Shown one piece after another: positions 49,212 to 62,296 of a DNA stretch of 64,000 nt. How positions within the stretch are numbered: position 1 is the stretch's first letter; each line of letters opens with the position of its first letter. Source of the DNA: Bulleidia sp. (GTDB taxonomy: Bacteria; Bacillota; Clostridia; Oscillospirales; Ruminococcaceae); the NCBI GenBank assembly GCA_963655125.1, contig CAVKDR010000006.1:85521-149520 (forward strand). Direction: 5' to 3'. The notes under the pieces were generated by a model that did not search any database, was not told the DNA's origin, and saw only the letters and a program-made list of their open reading frames with translations. The translations under genes and the position numbers were made by a program.

Positions 49212-50306
49212 GTGGCTGCGATGAACTTGAAAAATATGAACCGCTCCACCAAGAGCAACATCATCACCTTTGGCATCGTCATCGGCTTCTATCTGCTGAT
49301 CCAGATTTTGTCCGCCGCTGGCATGGTCACCAACTCCTTTGCGGGTCAGCTGGTGCCTATTTGCGCTTACGTTGTCATGGCTGTCTCCCTGAACCTGACG
49401 GTCGGCATGCTGGGCGAGTTGAGCCTGGGCCACGCCGGTTTCATGAGCGTGGGTGCTTTCGCCGGTACGCTCGTGTGGGTCACCCTGTATGACACCACCT
49501 TCCCCAAACCCGCAGCCCTGCTGCTGGCCTTTGTGGTGGGCGGCGTTGTGGCCGGTTTGTTCGGCTTCCTGGTCGGCATCCCCGTCCTGCGCCTGTCCGG
49601 TGACTACCTGGCTATCGTTACGCTGGCTTTCGGCGAGATCGTCAAGAACTTCATGAACGCCTGCAACCTGGGCGTGGATTCCAAGGGCCTGCACTTCTCC
49701 TTGAAAGATACCGCCTCCCTGAACCTGGAAGCTGACGGTAAGGTGCTGATCAACGGTGCTATGGGCATCACCGGCATCAAGAAAGCTTCCACTTTCACCA
49801 TTGGCGTTGTGCTGGTCATCATTACGCTGGCCGTCATCCTCAATTTGGTCAACTCCCGCGCCGGCCGTGCCATCACTTCCATCCGTGATAACGAGATCGC
49901 TGCCCGCTCGGTCGGTATCCCCATCACCAAGTACAAGCTGATGGCTTTTGTGACCTCCGCTGTGTTTGCCGGTATGGCCGGTGTGCTTTACTCGCTGAAC
50001 TACTCCTCGCTGGTCGCGAAGAAGTTCGACTACAACACCTCCATCCTGATCCTGGTGTTTGTCGTTCTGGGCGGCATCGGCAACCTGCGCGGCTCTGTTA
50101 TCGCGGCTACTGTGCTGACCGTCCTGCCCGAACTGCTGCGCAGCATGAACGATTACCGCATGCTGATCTACGCCATCGTGCTGATCGTTGTGATGATCTT
50201 CAACCAGAGCCCGCAGATGATCGCAATGCGCAAGCGCCTGACCGCCCGTTTCCGCAAAGATGCGGCCGACAAGGCACCCAAGAAGAACAAGAAGGAGGCG
50301 GCTTAA
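49212..50306 (+). CDS. livM: Branched-chain amino acid ABC transporter permease
   Basis: LivM family polytopic permease. Confidence 0.85.
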   Translation: MAAMNLKNMNRSTKSNIITFGIVIGFYLLIQILSAAGMVTNSFAGQLVPICAYVVMAVSLNLTVGMLGELSLGHAGFMSVGAFAGTLVWVTLYDTTFPKPAALLLAFVVGGVVAGLFGFLVGIPVLRLSGDYLAIVTLAFGEIVKNFMNACNLGVDSKGLHFSLKDTASLNLEADGKVLINGAMGITGIKKASTFTIGVVLVIITLAVILNLVNSRAGRAITSIRDNEIAARSVGIPITKYKLMAFVTSAVFAGMAGVLYSLNYSSLVAKKFDYNTSILILVFVVLGGIGNLRGSVIAATVLTVLPELLRSMNDYRMLIYAIVLIVVMIFNQSPQMIAMRKRLTARFRKDAADKAPKKNKKEAA

Positions 50307-50307
50307 C

Positions 50308-51069
50308 ATGGCACTGTTGGAAGTAAGCAACCTGGGTATTGCTTTCGGCGGCCTGCAGGCCGTTGCCCAGCTGGACCTTTCCATCGAGAAAGGCCACCTC
50401 TATGGTCTGATCGGCCCCAACGGTGCCGGCAAGACCACCGTATTTAACATGCTCACCGGTGTCTACAAGCCTACTGAGGGCAACATCGTCCTGGACGGCA
50501 AGGACATCACCGGCAAAAACCCTGAGCTTATCAGCAAGGCCGGTGTGGCCCGTACCTTCCAGAACATCCGCCTGTTCAACGAGATGAGTGTGCTGGACAA
50601 CGTCAAGGTCGGTCTGCACAACCAGATCCAGTACGGCATGTGGACCGGCATCCTGCGCCTGCCCGCCTACAAAGAGAAAGAGCACGAGATGAACCGCGAG
50701 GCCAAGAAGCTGCTCAAGATCTTTGGCCTGGAAGATAAGGCAGACCTCAAGGCCAGCCAGCTGCCCTACGGCGAACAGCGCAAGCTGGAGATCGCCCGCG
50801 CCCTGGCTACCAACCCGAAACTGCTGCTGCTGGACGAGCCTGCCGCCGGTATGAACCCCAACGAGACCGATGAACTGATGCAGACCGTGCGCAGTGTGCG
50901 CGACCAGTTCGGCATCGCCATCCTGCTCATCGAGCACGATATGAACTTTGTTATGGGCATCTGCGAGGAGATCACCGTGCTGGACTACGGCCGTGTCATC
51001 GCCCGCGGCAACGGCAAAGCGATCCGCAATAACCCCAAGGTCATTGCGGCTTATCTGGGAGGTGACTGA
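50308..51069 (+). CDS. livG: Branched-chain amino acid ABC transporter ATP-binding protein
   Basis: Walker A GPNGAGKTT, signature LPYGEQRKLEIARAL, Walker B LLLDEPAAG. Confidence 0.9.
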   Translation: MALLEVSNLGIAFGGLQAVAQLDLSIEKGHLYGLIGPNGAGKTTVFNMLTGVYKPTEGNIVLDGKDITGKNPELISKAGVARTFQNIRLFNEMSVLDNVKVGLHNQIQYGMWTGILRLPAYKEKEHEMNREAKKLLKIFGLEDKADLKASQLPYGEQRKLEIARALATNPKLLLLDEPAAGMNPNETDELMQTVRSVRDQFGIAILLIEHDMNFVMGICEEITVLDYGRVIARGNGKAIRNNPKVIAAYLGGD

Positions 51070-51071
51070 TC

Positions 51072-51791
51072 ATGGGTGAGATGCTTTCTGTTAAAAATAT
51101 CAATGTTTTTTACGGGTCCATCCAGGCCCTGCGCGATATTTCGTTCCACGTCAATGAGGGAGAGATCGTCACGCTGATCGGTGCCAACGGTGCCGGTAAG
51201 ACCACCACCATGCATGCCATCTCCGGCTTGCTGAAAGTGCAGAGCGGCGAGATCGACTACTGCGGCCAGAACATCAGCAAGATGGAGGCCCACAAGATCA
51301 TCCGTCTGGGCCTGGCTCAGGTGCCGGAAGGCCGCCGCGTTTTCAGCGGCCTGACCGTCATGCAGAACCTGCAGATGGGTGCCTACACCCGCCGCGATGG
51401 CAAAGAGGCTATCCAGAACGACTACGATATGGTCTTTGACCTGCTGCCGCGCCTGAAAGAGCGCCGCAACCAGCCCGCCGGTACGCTTTCCGGCGGCGAG
51501 CAGCAGATGCTGGCTATGGGCCGCGCCCTGATGTGCAAGCCCAAGATGCTTCTGCTGGATGAGCCGTCCATGGGTCTGTCTCCGCTGCTGGTCAAGGAGA
51601 TCTTCAAGATCATCCGCCAGGTCAACCGCAACGGCGTGACCGTGCTGCTGGTGGAACAGAACGCCAAGATGGCCCTGGAGATCGCCAACCGCGCCTACGT
51701 GCTGGAGACCGGCAAGATCAAGATGGAAGGCGAAGCCCACGAGCTCGCCAACAACATCGAGGTCCGCAAAGCCTACCTCGGCTGCGAATAA
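51072..51791 (+). CDS. livF: Branched-chain amino acid ABC transporter ATP-binding protein
   Basis: GANGAGKTT, LSGGEQQMLAMGRAL, LLLDEPSMG. Confidence 0.9.
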   Translation: MGEMLSVKNINVFYGSIQALRDISFHVNEGEIVTLIGANGAGKTTTMHAISGLLKVQSGEIDYCGQNISKMEAHKIIRLGLAQVPEGRRVFSGLTVMQNLQMGAYTRRDGKEAIQNDYDMVFDLLPRLKERRNQPAGTLSGGEQQMLAMGRALMCKPKMLLLDEPSMGLSPLLVKEIFKIIRQVNRNGVTVLLVEQNAKMALEIANRAYVLETGKIKMEGEAHELANNIEVRKAYLGCE

Positions 51792-51797
51792 AAACCA

Positions 51798-51830
51798 AAA
51801 GGACCTGCCCGAAAGGACAGGTCCTTTTCT
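51798..51830. terminator. Bidirectional terminator between livF and the convergent hypothetical gene
   Basis: ggacctgcccgaaaggacaggtcc hairpin followed by ttttct. Confidence 0.65.
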
Positions 51831-51844
51831 GTATGCTACTTTAA

Positions 51845-52417
51845 TTACAACAGCGCCTCCGGCGGGCGGTCATCCTCGGTGCCGGGCTGGGTCAGCATAT
51901 CCATCAGCTTTGAATAAATATCGCTGCCATGGGCAATAAACATGTTTTTGGTCATCTCGGCGGTCAGCTTATCGGGCATCGCCAATTGCAGCTGGAACAC
52001 ATCGCTGCCCAAATCGCCGATATTGCACCATACCACGTACTTGCCGTCTTTTTCTTCCACATGGGCGCGGTTGGAGGCCGCCTTGTGCCGCCAGCTCTGG
52101 ATCTGCATCACGGCGCGGATGGCGCTCTCCCGCACAGTGCGGGGCAGGTCATGGGCCAGTGTGCTGGCTACCGAAGCACCTTTGCTGGTGATGCTGTACT
52201 GTTCATCGGCACAGGTGACAAGGCCCTGCTTCTGCACCTCGGCCAAAGCATCGGCAAATTCAAAGTAGTTGACCAGCTGCTCCTGCAAAAGCGCACCCTG
52301 CAGGGTATCCCGCGTCAGGGGACCGGCTGTTTTGATAAGATAGCAAAGTAAAATGCGGATCTGGGTATCATCTGTAAGGCCGCCGGGCTTTACACCTGCG
52401 GTAAATGCTTCTGCCAT
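51845..52417 (-). CDS. Hypothetical cytoplasmic protein (conserved Clostridia family, possibly DUF4364-like)
   Basis: 190 aa ORF with good coding appearance and its own upstream RBS; family assignment tentative. Confidence 0.45.
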   Translation of the reverse strand: MAEAFTAGVKPGGLTDDTQIRILLCYLIKTAGPLTRDTLQGALLQEQLVNYFEFADALAEVQKQGLVTCADEQYSITSKGASVASTLAHDLPRTVRESAIRAVMQIQSWRHKAASNRAHVEEKDGKYVVWCNIGDLGSDVFQLQLAMPDKLTAEMTKNMFIAHGSDIYSKLMDMLTQPGTEDDRPPEALL

Positions 52418-52523
52418 CTGATCACTTCCTCGTATTTTGTGTTTTCTATCCTATTATACACGGCAAAAACAGAAGTGGCAAGATGGCAAACACGATTTGT
52501 TTACCCTTTGAAACACCGCCTGG

Positions 52524-53432
52524 TCAAAACACAGTCTCGATCTGCTTGCGGCTCTGCGGGGTGGAGTAGGTCCACTTTTTAATGCGCCCGCGGGTCACGA
52601 AATAGTGCGGCTCAAATCGCAGCGGCTGGGCCAGATTTTTGTTCACCACCACCAGCTTGATCTTCATCTTGTCCGGCAAAATGTTTTTGATGTACACGCT
52701 CACGGCCTGGCCCGGGTGCAGGCTGCGGTCAGCCTCGGCCAGCCCTGCCAGGTTGGGTGCGATCTCAATAAACACGCCGTAATCCTCCACGCTGCGCACA
52801 ATGCCCACCACGGTCTCGCCGGGGGCGAAGCAGGCGGCGTTCTCGCTCCAGGTGCCCAGCAGCTCCCGCAGCGTCAGCACAATGCGTCCCTGGGGGTCGC
52901 GGTTCTTGATGGCGCACAGCAATTGCTGGCCCACCTGCACCCGGTCGGCAGGCGAGGAAATGCGCGACACAGACAAGCAATCAATAGGCAGCAGTGCCGC
53001 AATGCCGCAGCCAATATCGCAGAACGCACCAAAATTTTCAATGTGCGTCACGGTGCAGGGGATGACGCTGCCGGCCTCCAGCGTGTCCAGATACTGCCGC
53101 CGGCACAGCCGCTGGGCCAGGGCGCGGGAGAGCAGGAACACCTCCTCGCCGCTTTCGTCCTCCTCGGTGCCGGTGACGACAAAGCAGGTGGCACGGCCAA
53201 CCCGGGTCAGCACGGCAATGTCCTTGATCTCCTCCTGCGGGCCAACGTCCACACATTCCTCAAAGGGCATGTAGGCCCGCTGGCCGCCCAGTTCAAAGCG
53301 CAGTCGGCGCTCGGTATCAAAGGCAAGGGCGGTGCTCTGCAATACTTCGCCGGTGGTGATGCAGTGATACAGCTCCTCACGGCGCAGATGGTTGGCGTTG
53401 CGGCAAAGACCTTCGGCACGATATTCCAGCAT
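52524..53432 (-). CDS. S1 RNA-binding domain protein (tandem S1/OB folds)
   Basis: Repeated S1-like segments (G..V.G.V..I...GAFCDIG.., GETVVGIVRSVEDYGVFIEIA). Confidence 0.55.
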   Translation of the reverse strand: MLEYRAEGLCRNANHLRREELYHCITTGEVLQSTALAFDTERRLRFELGGQRAYMPFEECVDVGPQEEIKDIAVLTRVGRATCFVVTGTEEDESGEEVFLLSRALAQRLCRRQYLDTLEAGSVIPCTVTHIENFGAFCDIGCGIAALLPIDCLSVSRISSPADRVQVGQQLLCAIKNRDPQGRIVLTLRELLGTWSENAACFAPGETVVGIVRSVEDYGVFIEIAPNLAGLAEADRSLHPGQAVSVYIKNILPDKMKIKLVVVNKNLAQPLRFEPHYFVTRGRIKKWTYSTPQSRKQIETVF

Positions 53433-53577
53433 TTTCGGCTCCTCTTTTCTTGTATGGTGTATGCCCCCGGCGCGGACCGGGGACCCTTGTAAACTTTTAT
53501 GCAGTGGGTTTGCAAAACAAACCGTGATGTACTATAATAAAGGGTACTGAATTTTATGGAAAGGGCGGTGTGCTGCC

Positions 53578-53766
53578 ATGGACGTACAGGTCGGCGATGT
53601 GATCCAGACCAAGAAACCGCACCCCTGTGGTGCCAACCGTTTTGATGTGCTGCGTGTCGGCATGGATTTCAAGATCCGCTGCCAGGGCTGCGGGCACGAA
53701 ATTATGCTGCCACGCACAAAAATTGAGCGCAACATCAAAAAAGTCCTGCGGGGCGGGGAACAGTAG
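53578..53766 (+). CDS. DUF951-family small protein
   Basis: 62 aa with KKPHPCG.NR....R.G.D..I.C.GCGH...PR pattern characteristic of DUF951. Confidence 0.7.
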   Translation: MDVQVGDVIQTKKPHPCGANRFDVLRVGMDFKIRCQGCGHEIMLPRTKIERNIKKVLRGGEQ

Positions 53767-53811
53767 CGGCGTTTTTGGCCCGCTACAACCCATAACCCCA
53801 AAGGAGGAACC

Positions 53812-54897
53812 ATGCAGCCTTTTTCTGAACTGCACGAGGTCGAGCGCCGGTACGAAGAACTGGCCTATAAAATGTCCACGCCGGAGGCTGCTGCCGATGC
53901 AGATGCCTACGCCCAGATGATGCGTGACTACAAGGAACTGACCCCCCTGATGGAAGAATACCGCCGCTATACGACCCTGCAAAAGGAAGAACAGGAAGCC
54001 AAAGAGGCCCTGCAGCAGGACTCCGACCCGGCGTTTACCGCTATGGTACAGCAGGAGCTTTGCGAAATCGCCCGGAATCTGGCACAGAGCGAGGAGAATC
54101 TTCGCCTGCTGCTCATCCCCAAGGATGCCGATGACGAAAAAAGCGTCATCCTGGAAATTCGTGCCGGTGCGGGCGGTGAGGAAGCCGCCCTGTTTGCTCA
54201 CAGCCTGTGGCGGATGTACAACATGTACGCGGCCAAGCGCGGCTGGAAATGCGAAACGATCAGCGAGAACCCCACTGAACTAGGCGGCGTAAAAGAAATC
54301 GTTTTCTCCGTGGAAGGCCCCGATGTCTACAGCCGCCTGAAATTTGAAAGCGGTGTCCACCGCGTCCAGCGTGTGCCCGAAACCGAGACACAAGGCCGCA
54401 TCCACACCTCCACCGTCACGGTGGCCGTCATGCCCGAAGCCGAGGAAGTGGAGTTTGAACTGGACCCCAAGGACCTGCGCATTGATACGTTCCGCTCCTC
54501 CGGCGCAGGCGGCCAGCACATCAACAAAACATCCTCGGCCATCCGCGTGACCCACCTGCCCACCGGCATGGTGGTAGAATGTCAGGACCAGCGTAGCCAG
54601 CGCGAGAACAAAGACCGCGCCTTAAAAGTCCTGCGCAGCCGCCTGCTGCAGCAAAAGCAGCAGGCCTACGATGAAGCCTACAACGCCCAGCGCCAAAGCC
54701 AGGTGGGCAGCGGAGACCGCAGCGAAAAGATCCGCACCTACAACTTCCCCCAGGACCGCGTGACCGACCACCGCATCGGTTTAACGCTGCGCAACCTGCA
54801 AAGCGTGTTGGACGGCGACCTGGACCGGGTGCTGGATCCGCTGATCCTGGCCGATCGGGAAGAAAAACTCAAAGCAAACAAAGGTGACGCACAATGA
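53812..54897 (+). CDS. prfA: Peptide chain release factor 1
   Basis: PET (PxT) tripeptide in RVPETETQGRIHTS and GGQ motif SGAGGQHINKT; no programmed frameshift, so it is RF1 rather than RF2. Confidence 0.85.
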   Translation: MQPFSELHEVERRYEELAYKMSTPEAAADADAYAQMMRDYKELTPLMEEYRRYTTLQKEEQEAKEALQQDSDPAFTAMVQQELCEIARNLAQSEENLRLLLIPKDADDEKSVILEIRAGAGGEEAALFAHSLWRMYNMYAAKRGWKCETISENPTELGGVKEIVFSVEGPDVYSRLKFESGVHRVQRVPETETQGRIHTSTVTVAVMPEAEEVEFELDPKDLRIDTFRSSGAGGQHINKTSSAIRVTHLPTGMVVECQDQRSQRENKDRALKVLRSRLLQQKQQAYDEAYNAQRQSQVGSGDRSEKIRTYNFPQDRVTDHRIGLTLRNLQSVLDGDLDRVLDPLILADREEKLKANKGDAQ

Positions 54898-55913
54898 ATA
54901 CACAGGTTTTGCCGGTGAATGACGAAAGCATTGCACTGGCGGCAGAACTGCTGCAAAAAGGCGAACTGGTTGCCCTGCCGACCGAAACGGTCTATGGCAT
55001 CGCAGCTGATGCCCGCAATGGCGAAGCAGTCAAAAAGATTTTCGAGGCCAAGGGCCGCCCCCAGGATAACCCCCTGATCGTGCACATCTACGGCATGGAG
55101 ATGCTCAAGGGCATCGTGTCCGAGGTGCCCGACCGCGCCTACAAGCTGGCAAAAGCGTTCTGGCCCGGCCCGCTGACGATGGTCATGCCCCGGGGCGGGG
55201 AAGTCAGCAACGTGACTTGCGCCGGTCTTGATACCGTAGGTGTGCGTATGCCGTCCCACCCGGTGGTGCAGGCGGTCATCAAGGCCAGCGGCGTGGCGTT
55301 TGCTGCGCCCTCGGCCAACCTGTCAGGCAAGCCCAGCCCCACCAACGCCCAGGATACCCTGGTGGATATGGACGGCCGCCTGCCGCTGATTTTGGATGGC
55401 GGCGAGAGCGCTGTCGGCGTTGAGTCCACGGTTGTGGCCGTCACCGGCGAGCACCCGATGCTGCTGCGCCCCGGCTACGTGACGAAAGAACAGATGGAGG
55501 AAGTCCTGGGCGAGGAAGTCCTCGTCAGCCCCGCTATCCTGGAAAAACTCAAGGATGGGGAAGTGGCCCGCTCTCCCGGCATGAAGTACAAGCACTACGC
55601 CCCCAAGGCACAGGTCACGATTTTGCGCGGCGACTTCGCCAAGTACAAGGCTTACATCGAGCAGCACACCGCCCCCGGTGTGTGGGCCCTCTGCTTTGAC
55701 GGCGAGGGTGCCCAGCTGCCTGTGCCCTTTATTGAGTACGGTAAAAATCACGATGGCGTGACCCAGGCACACCACCTGTTTACGGCCCTGCGCGATTTGG
55801 ATAAGCAGGGGGCCGAAGTTGTCTACGCCCGCTGCCCCGAGCAGGACGGCGTTTCGATGGCGGTCTATAACCGCCTGATCCGCGCTGCGGCGTTCCGGGT
55901 GGTCGAACTATGA
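54894..55913 (+). CDS. tsaC: L-threonylcarbamoyladenylate synthase (Sua5/YwlC, long form)
   Basis: YrdC domain (PTETVYGIAADA..KGRP..PLIVHI) plus Sua5 C-terminal domain. Confidence 0.85.
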   Translation: MNTQVLPVNDESIALAAELLQKGELVALPTETVYGIAADARNGEAVKKIFEAKGRPQDNPLIVHIYGMEMLKGIVSEVPDRAYKLAKAFWPGPLTMVMPRGGEVSNVTCAGLDTVGVRMPSHPVVQAVIKASGVAFAAPSANLSGKPSPTNAQDTLVDMDGRLPLILDGGESAVGVESTVVAVTGEHPMLLRPGYVTKEQMEEVLGEEVLVSPAILEKLKDGEVARSPGMKYKHYAPKAQVTILRGDFAKYKAYIEQHTAPGVWALCFDGEGAQLPVPFIEYGKNHDGVTQAHHLFTALRDLDKQGAEVVYARCPEQDGVSMAVYNRLIRAAAFRVVEL

Positions 55914-56515
55914 AAGTCGTAGGCATCACCGGCCGCTCTGGCTGCGGCAAATCCAGTGCGACAAAATTTTTGGCCGCGCAGGGGTATCCTTGTATTGACG
56001 CGGACCTCATCGCCCGCGAGGTGCTGCTGCCCGGCTCGCCCTGCATTGCGCAGCTGCAAGAAAAATTCGGCAGCGACATTGCCGATGAAACCGGCAATGT
56101 CCGCCGCCGCCTGCTGGCCGACCGCGCTTTTGCCACCCCGGCGGGCACCCAGGCTCTGACGGCTATCGCCCAGCCGGAAATTTTGCACCGCATTGAAACG
56201 CGCCTGCAGGAAGCCGAGCAGGGCGGGGCAGAGCTGGCCTTTGTGGATGGTGCCGTCATTGTTGGTACGCCCTTCGAGGCCCGCTGCGATGCCCTTGTGT
56301 TGATTTCCGCCCCTTACGATACCAGCGTGGCCCGCATCTGCGCCCGTGATGGCATCGCTCCCGAGATGGCCCGCCGCCGTCTGGACGCGCAGACACCCAT
56401 CGAAACGCTGCGCGCCGCCGCCACCCATGAGGTCATCAACGATGGCACGGCCGAACAGCTGGCCGAAAAAATGCACGCCGTTTTACAGCAGCTGCGAAAG
56501 GAGGAACATGGCTAA
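55910..56515 (+). CDS. coaE: Dephospho-CoA kinase
   Basis: MKVVGITGRSGCGKSS P-loop; about 200 aa. Confidence 0.85.
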   Translation: MKVVGITGRSGCGKSSATKFLAAQGYPCIDADLIAREVLLPGSPCIAQLQEKFGSDIADETGNVRRRLLADRAFATPAGTQALTAIAQPEILHRIETRLQEAEQGGAELAFVDGAVIVGTPFEARCDALVLISAPYDTSVARICARDGIAPEMARRRLDAQTPIETLRAAATHEVINDGTAEQLAEKMHAVLQQLRKEEHG

Positions 56516-57104
56516 AAAAGCAAAGCCCCGCCGCCCCGGCCTGCTGCGCACCCTGTTTGCGGTGCTGGTGGTGCTGGCGCTGGCTGCGACCCTTTTGTTC
56601 ACCGTTTTCCGCCGCCAGATCGATACGATGGAGTACCCCTGCCGCTACAGCGAGTATGTGGAATACTACGCAGGCAAGTACAATATCGACCCGCTGATCT
56701 TATATGCTTTCATCCGCACCGAGAGCAACTTCAACCCCAATGCCCAGTCCAACGTGGGCGCGCGCGGCTTAATGCAGATCACCGAGGAAACGTTTGACTG
56801 GATCAAAACCAAAATCGCCCCCACGGAGAGCCTGACCTTTGACGATCTCTACGACCCCGAAACGAACATCCGCTTCGGAACCTATTTCGTCAGCTACTGC
56901 CTGCTGCGCTACCATGACGACCTGGCTACCGCAGCCGCCGCCTACCACAGCGGATGGGGGACCGTGGATGACCTGCTGGCCCAAGAGGAATACTCCGCCG
57001 ATGGCAAAACGCTGGATCATTATCCCTACCCGCAGATGCGGCAATATGTACACAAGATAACCAATAGCTACCAACGCTATCAGGACATCTATAACGAAAA
57101 ATAA
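56508..57104 (+). CDS. Lytic transglycosylase (SLT-domain) with N-terminal membrane anchor
   Basis: ESNFNPNAQSNVGARGLMQI catalytic Glu motif; the ATG 56508 overlaps the coaE stop. Confidence 0.75.
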   Translation: MAKKAKPRRPGLLRTLFAVLVVLALAATLLFTVFRRQIDTMEYPCRYSEYVEYYAGKYNIDPLILYAFIRTESNFNPNAQSNVGARGLMQITEETFDWIKTKIAPTESLTFDDLYDPETNIRFGTYFVSYCLLRYHDDLATAAAAYHSGWGTVDDLLAQEEYSADGKTLDHYPYPQMRQYVHKITNSYQRYQDIYNEK

Positions 57105-57119
57105 GAAAGGAAGTTTCCC

Positions 57120-58511
57120 ATGAAGACCACTGAGGAACTCAAAGCACTGCTTTACAAAAACCAGACGGTAGCCGATGCTGCCCCGGACACCCTGCAGGCC
57201 GCCCAGGATTTCTGCGAAGGCTACAAGACTTTCCTGGATAACGCTAAGACCGAGCGCGAGGCTGTCCGCACCAGCGAGAAGCTGCTGCTGGACGCTGGCT
57301 ACAAAAAGTTTGTCCCCGGCGAAAAGCTGGCCCCCGGCACCAAGGTCTACACCATCAACCGCGAAAAGTGCATCCTGGCTGCCACCATCGGCACCAAGAG
57401 CCTGGAAGAAGGCTTCCACCTGAACATCGCCCACATCGACTCTCCGCGCCTGGATCTGCGCCCTGTGCCGGTGTTTGAAAAGACCGGCATCGGCTACCTG
57501 CGCACTCACTACTACGGCGGCATCCGTAAGTATCAGTGGCCCACCATCCCCCTGGCCCTGCACGGCGTGGTTTACCGCGCTGACGGCACCCGCGCCGAGA
57601 TCTGCATTGGTGAGAAGGACAGCGACCCTGTTTTCTGCATCACCGACCTGCTGCCGCACCTGGGTGCCAAGCAGAACACCAAGTCCCTGGCCGAGGGCAT
57701 CACCGCCGAAGAACTGAACGTGCTGATCGCCTCCCAGCCCATCGCCGATAAGGATGCCGAGCAGCGCATCAAGCTGAACATCCTGGGCATGCTCAACGAG
57801 GTTTACGGCATCACCGAGCGCGACTTCACCCGTGCCGAGATCGAGGTCGTGCCCGCCCACAAGGCCCGCGATATCGGCCTGGACCGCGCCATGATCGGTG
57901 CCTACGGCCACGATGACCGCGTGGACGCTTACCCGGCCCTGATGGCCGAGATCGGCATCACCGCCCCGGCCTACACCACCATCTGTGTGTTGACCGATAA
58001 GGAGGAGACCGGCTCTGATGGTGTCACCGGCCTGAACAGCATGTACACCTTCCACTTCATCCAGCAGCTGTGCGCCGGTCAGGGTGCTGATTACATCACC
58101 GCCTGCAAGGCTGGCAAGTGCCTGTCTGCCGATGTTACCGCCGCCTACGACCCGACCTTTGCCGATGCCTTTGAGCCGGATAACGCCACTTATGCAGGCA
58201 ACGGCGTGGCTATCTACAAGTACACTGGTGCCCGCGGCAAGTCCGGCACCAGCGATGCCTGTGCCGAGATGGTCAGCTACCTGACCCGCCTGCTGGAGAA
58301 GAACAACGTTGTCTGGCAGATCGGCGAGATGGGCAAGCTGGACCTGGGCGGCGGCGGCACCGTTGCCAAGTACGTGGCTAACCAGGACATCGACACCATC
58401 GATATCGGTGTGCCCGTGCTCTCGATGCATGCGCCTTTCGAGGTCGTCTCCAAGGCTGATGTCTACATGGCCTACCTGACCTTCAAGGCTTTCTGCGAGG
58501 ATGCCGAGTAA
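57120..58511 (+). CDS. M18-family aminopeptidase
   Basis: 463 aa with HIDSPRLDL and GGGGT..D metal-ligand segments typical of M18/M42 aminopeptidases. Confidence 0.6.
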   Translation: MKTTEELKALLYKNQTVADAAPDTLQAAQDFCEGYKTFLDNAKTEREAVRTSEKLLLDAGYKKFVPGEKLAPGTKVYTINREKCILAATIGTKSLEEGFHLNIAHIDSPRLDLRPVPVFEKTGIGYLRTHYYGGIRKYQWPTIPLALHGVVYRADGTRAEICIGEKDSDPVFCITDLLPHLGAKQNTKSLAEGITAEELNVLIASQPIADKDAEQRIKLNILGMLNEVYGITERDFTRAEIEVVPAHKARDIGLDRAMIGAYGHDDRVDAYPALMAEIGITAPAYTTICVLTDKEETGSDGVTGLNSMYTFHFIQQLCAGQGADYITACKAGKCLSADVTAAYDPTFADAFEPDNATYAGNGVAIYKYTGARGKSGTSDACAEMVSYLTRLLEKNNVVWQIGEMGKLDLGGGGTVAKYVANQDIDTIDIGVPVLSMHAPFEVVSKADVYMAYLTFKAFCEDAE

Positions 58512-58616
58512 TTTATAAATTATGCCAAAGGGGGACCGGCGCAACCGCGCCGGTCCCCGTTGTGTATATCTGCAAAACAAAAAGAAAAAAGCCGCAACCA
58601 ACGTTGCGGCTTTTTG

Positions 58617-58692
<76 letters not shown>

Positions 58693-58716
58693 AGAAGTGC
58701 GTGTCTTTCGTGACAG

Positions 58717-58752
58717 CTTATTTAGTATAGCAGACGACACGTGCCATGTCAA
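58717..58752 (-). promoter_or_regulatory. Promoter for tRNA-Ala copy 1 (TTGACA-17-TATACT on minus strand)
   Basis: Plus-strand tgtcaa at 58747-58752 and agtata at 58724-58729. Confidence 0.7.
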
Positions 58753-58926
58753 GCATGTTTTTTGCAAAAATTGAAAATATTTGCAAATTTTCGCTGTAGG
58801 GGCCGATGCTTGCCATCGGCCCGCCATCTGCGCACACCCGGCATATCGTAGGGGCGGATTCCATATCCGCCCGCAAAACAGGGAATACAAACAAAAAAGA
58901 CCGCAACTTCCGTTGCGGTCTATATC

Positions 58927-59002
<76 letters not shown>

Positions 59003-59236
59003 AGAAGTGCGTGTCTTTCGTGACAGCTTATTTAGTATAGCAGACGACACGTGCCATGTCAAGCATGTTTTTTGCAAAAATTGAAAATATTTGCAAATTT
59101 TCGCTGTAGGGGCCGATGCTTGCCATCGGCCCGCCATCTGCGCACACCCGGCATATCGTAGGGGCGGATTCCATATCCGCCCGCAAAACAGGGAATACAA
59201 ACAAAAAAGACCGCAACTTCCGTTGCGGTCTATATC

Positions 59237-59312
<76 letters not shown>

Positions 59313-59445
59313 AGACTGTTCGGCGCAGGATGATTTCCTGACGACGCTGATTATTATAGCAAAGGCGGTACAATTTGTCAACAGCTTTTTGCAAAAAAAT
59401 CAAAAAGTTTTTCCCGCGCGTAGTATGGTCACGGGGGTGGGGCCG

Positions 59446-62141
<2,696 letters not shown>

Positions 62142-62151
62142 CGCCTACAAA

Positions 62152-62198
62152 AAAGGCCCCCTTGTGCAAAGGGGGCTCCGCCGAAGGCGGTGGGGGGA
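62152..62198. repeat. Intergenic tandem-hairpin repeat element, copy C (acts as the ligA terminator region)
   Basis: ggcccccttgtgcaaagggggctccgccgaaggcggtgggggg: hairpin1 + hairpin2 + GGTGGGGGG, the same architecture as copies A and B. Confidence 0.55.
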
Positions 62199-62296
62199 TT
62201 GTGACCTTGCCAGTAAAACAATCTGCTCCTGCAAAATTACAATCCCTCAGTCTGCGCTATCGCGCATCCAGCTCCCTTTACACAAGGGAGCCTTTT

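Noticed and set aside
53812-54897. Possible frameshifted prfB (RF2)
   Set aside because: The motif is PET (PxT), not SPF, and the reading frame is intact from start to stop without a programmed frameshift site. The call is therefore RF1 (prfA).
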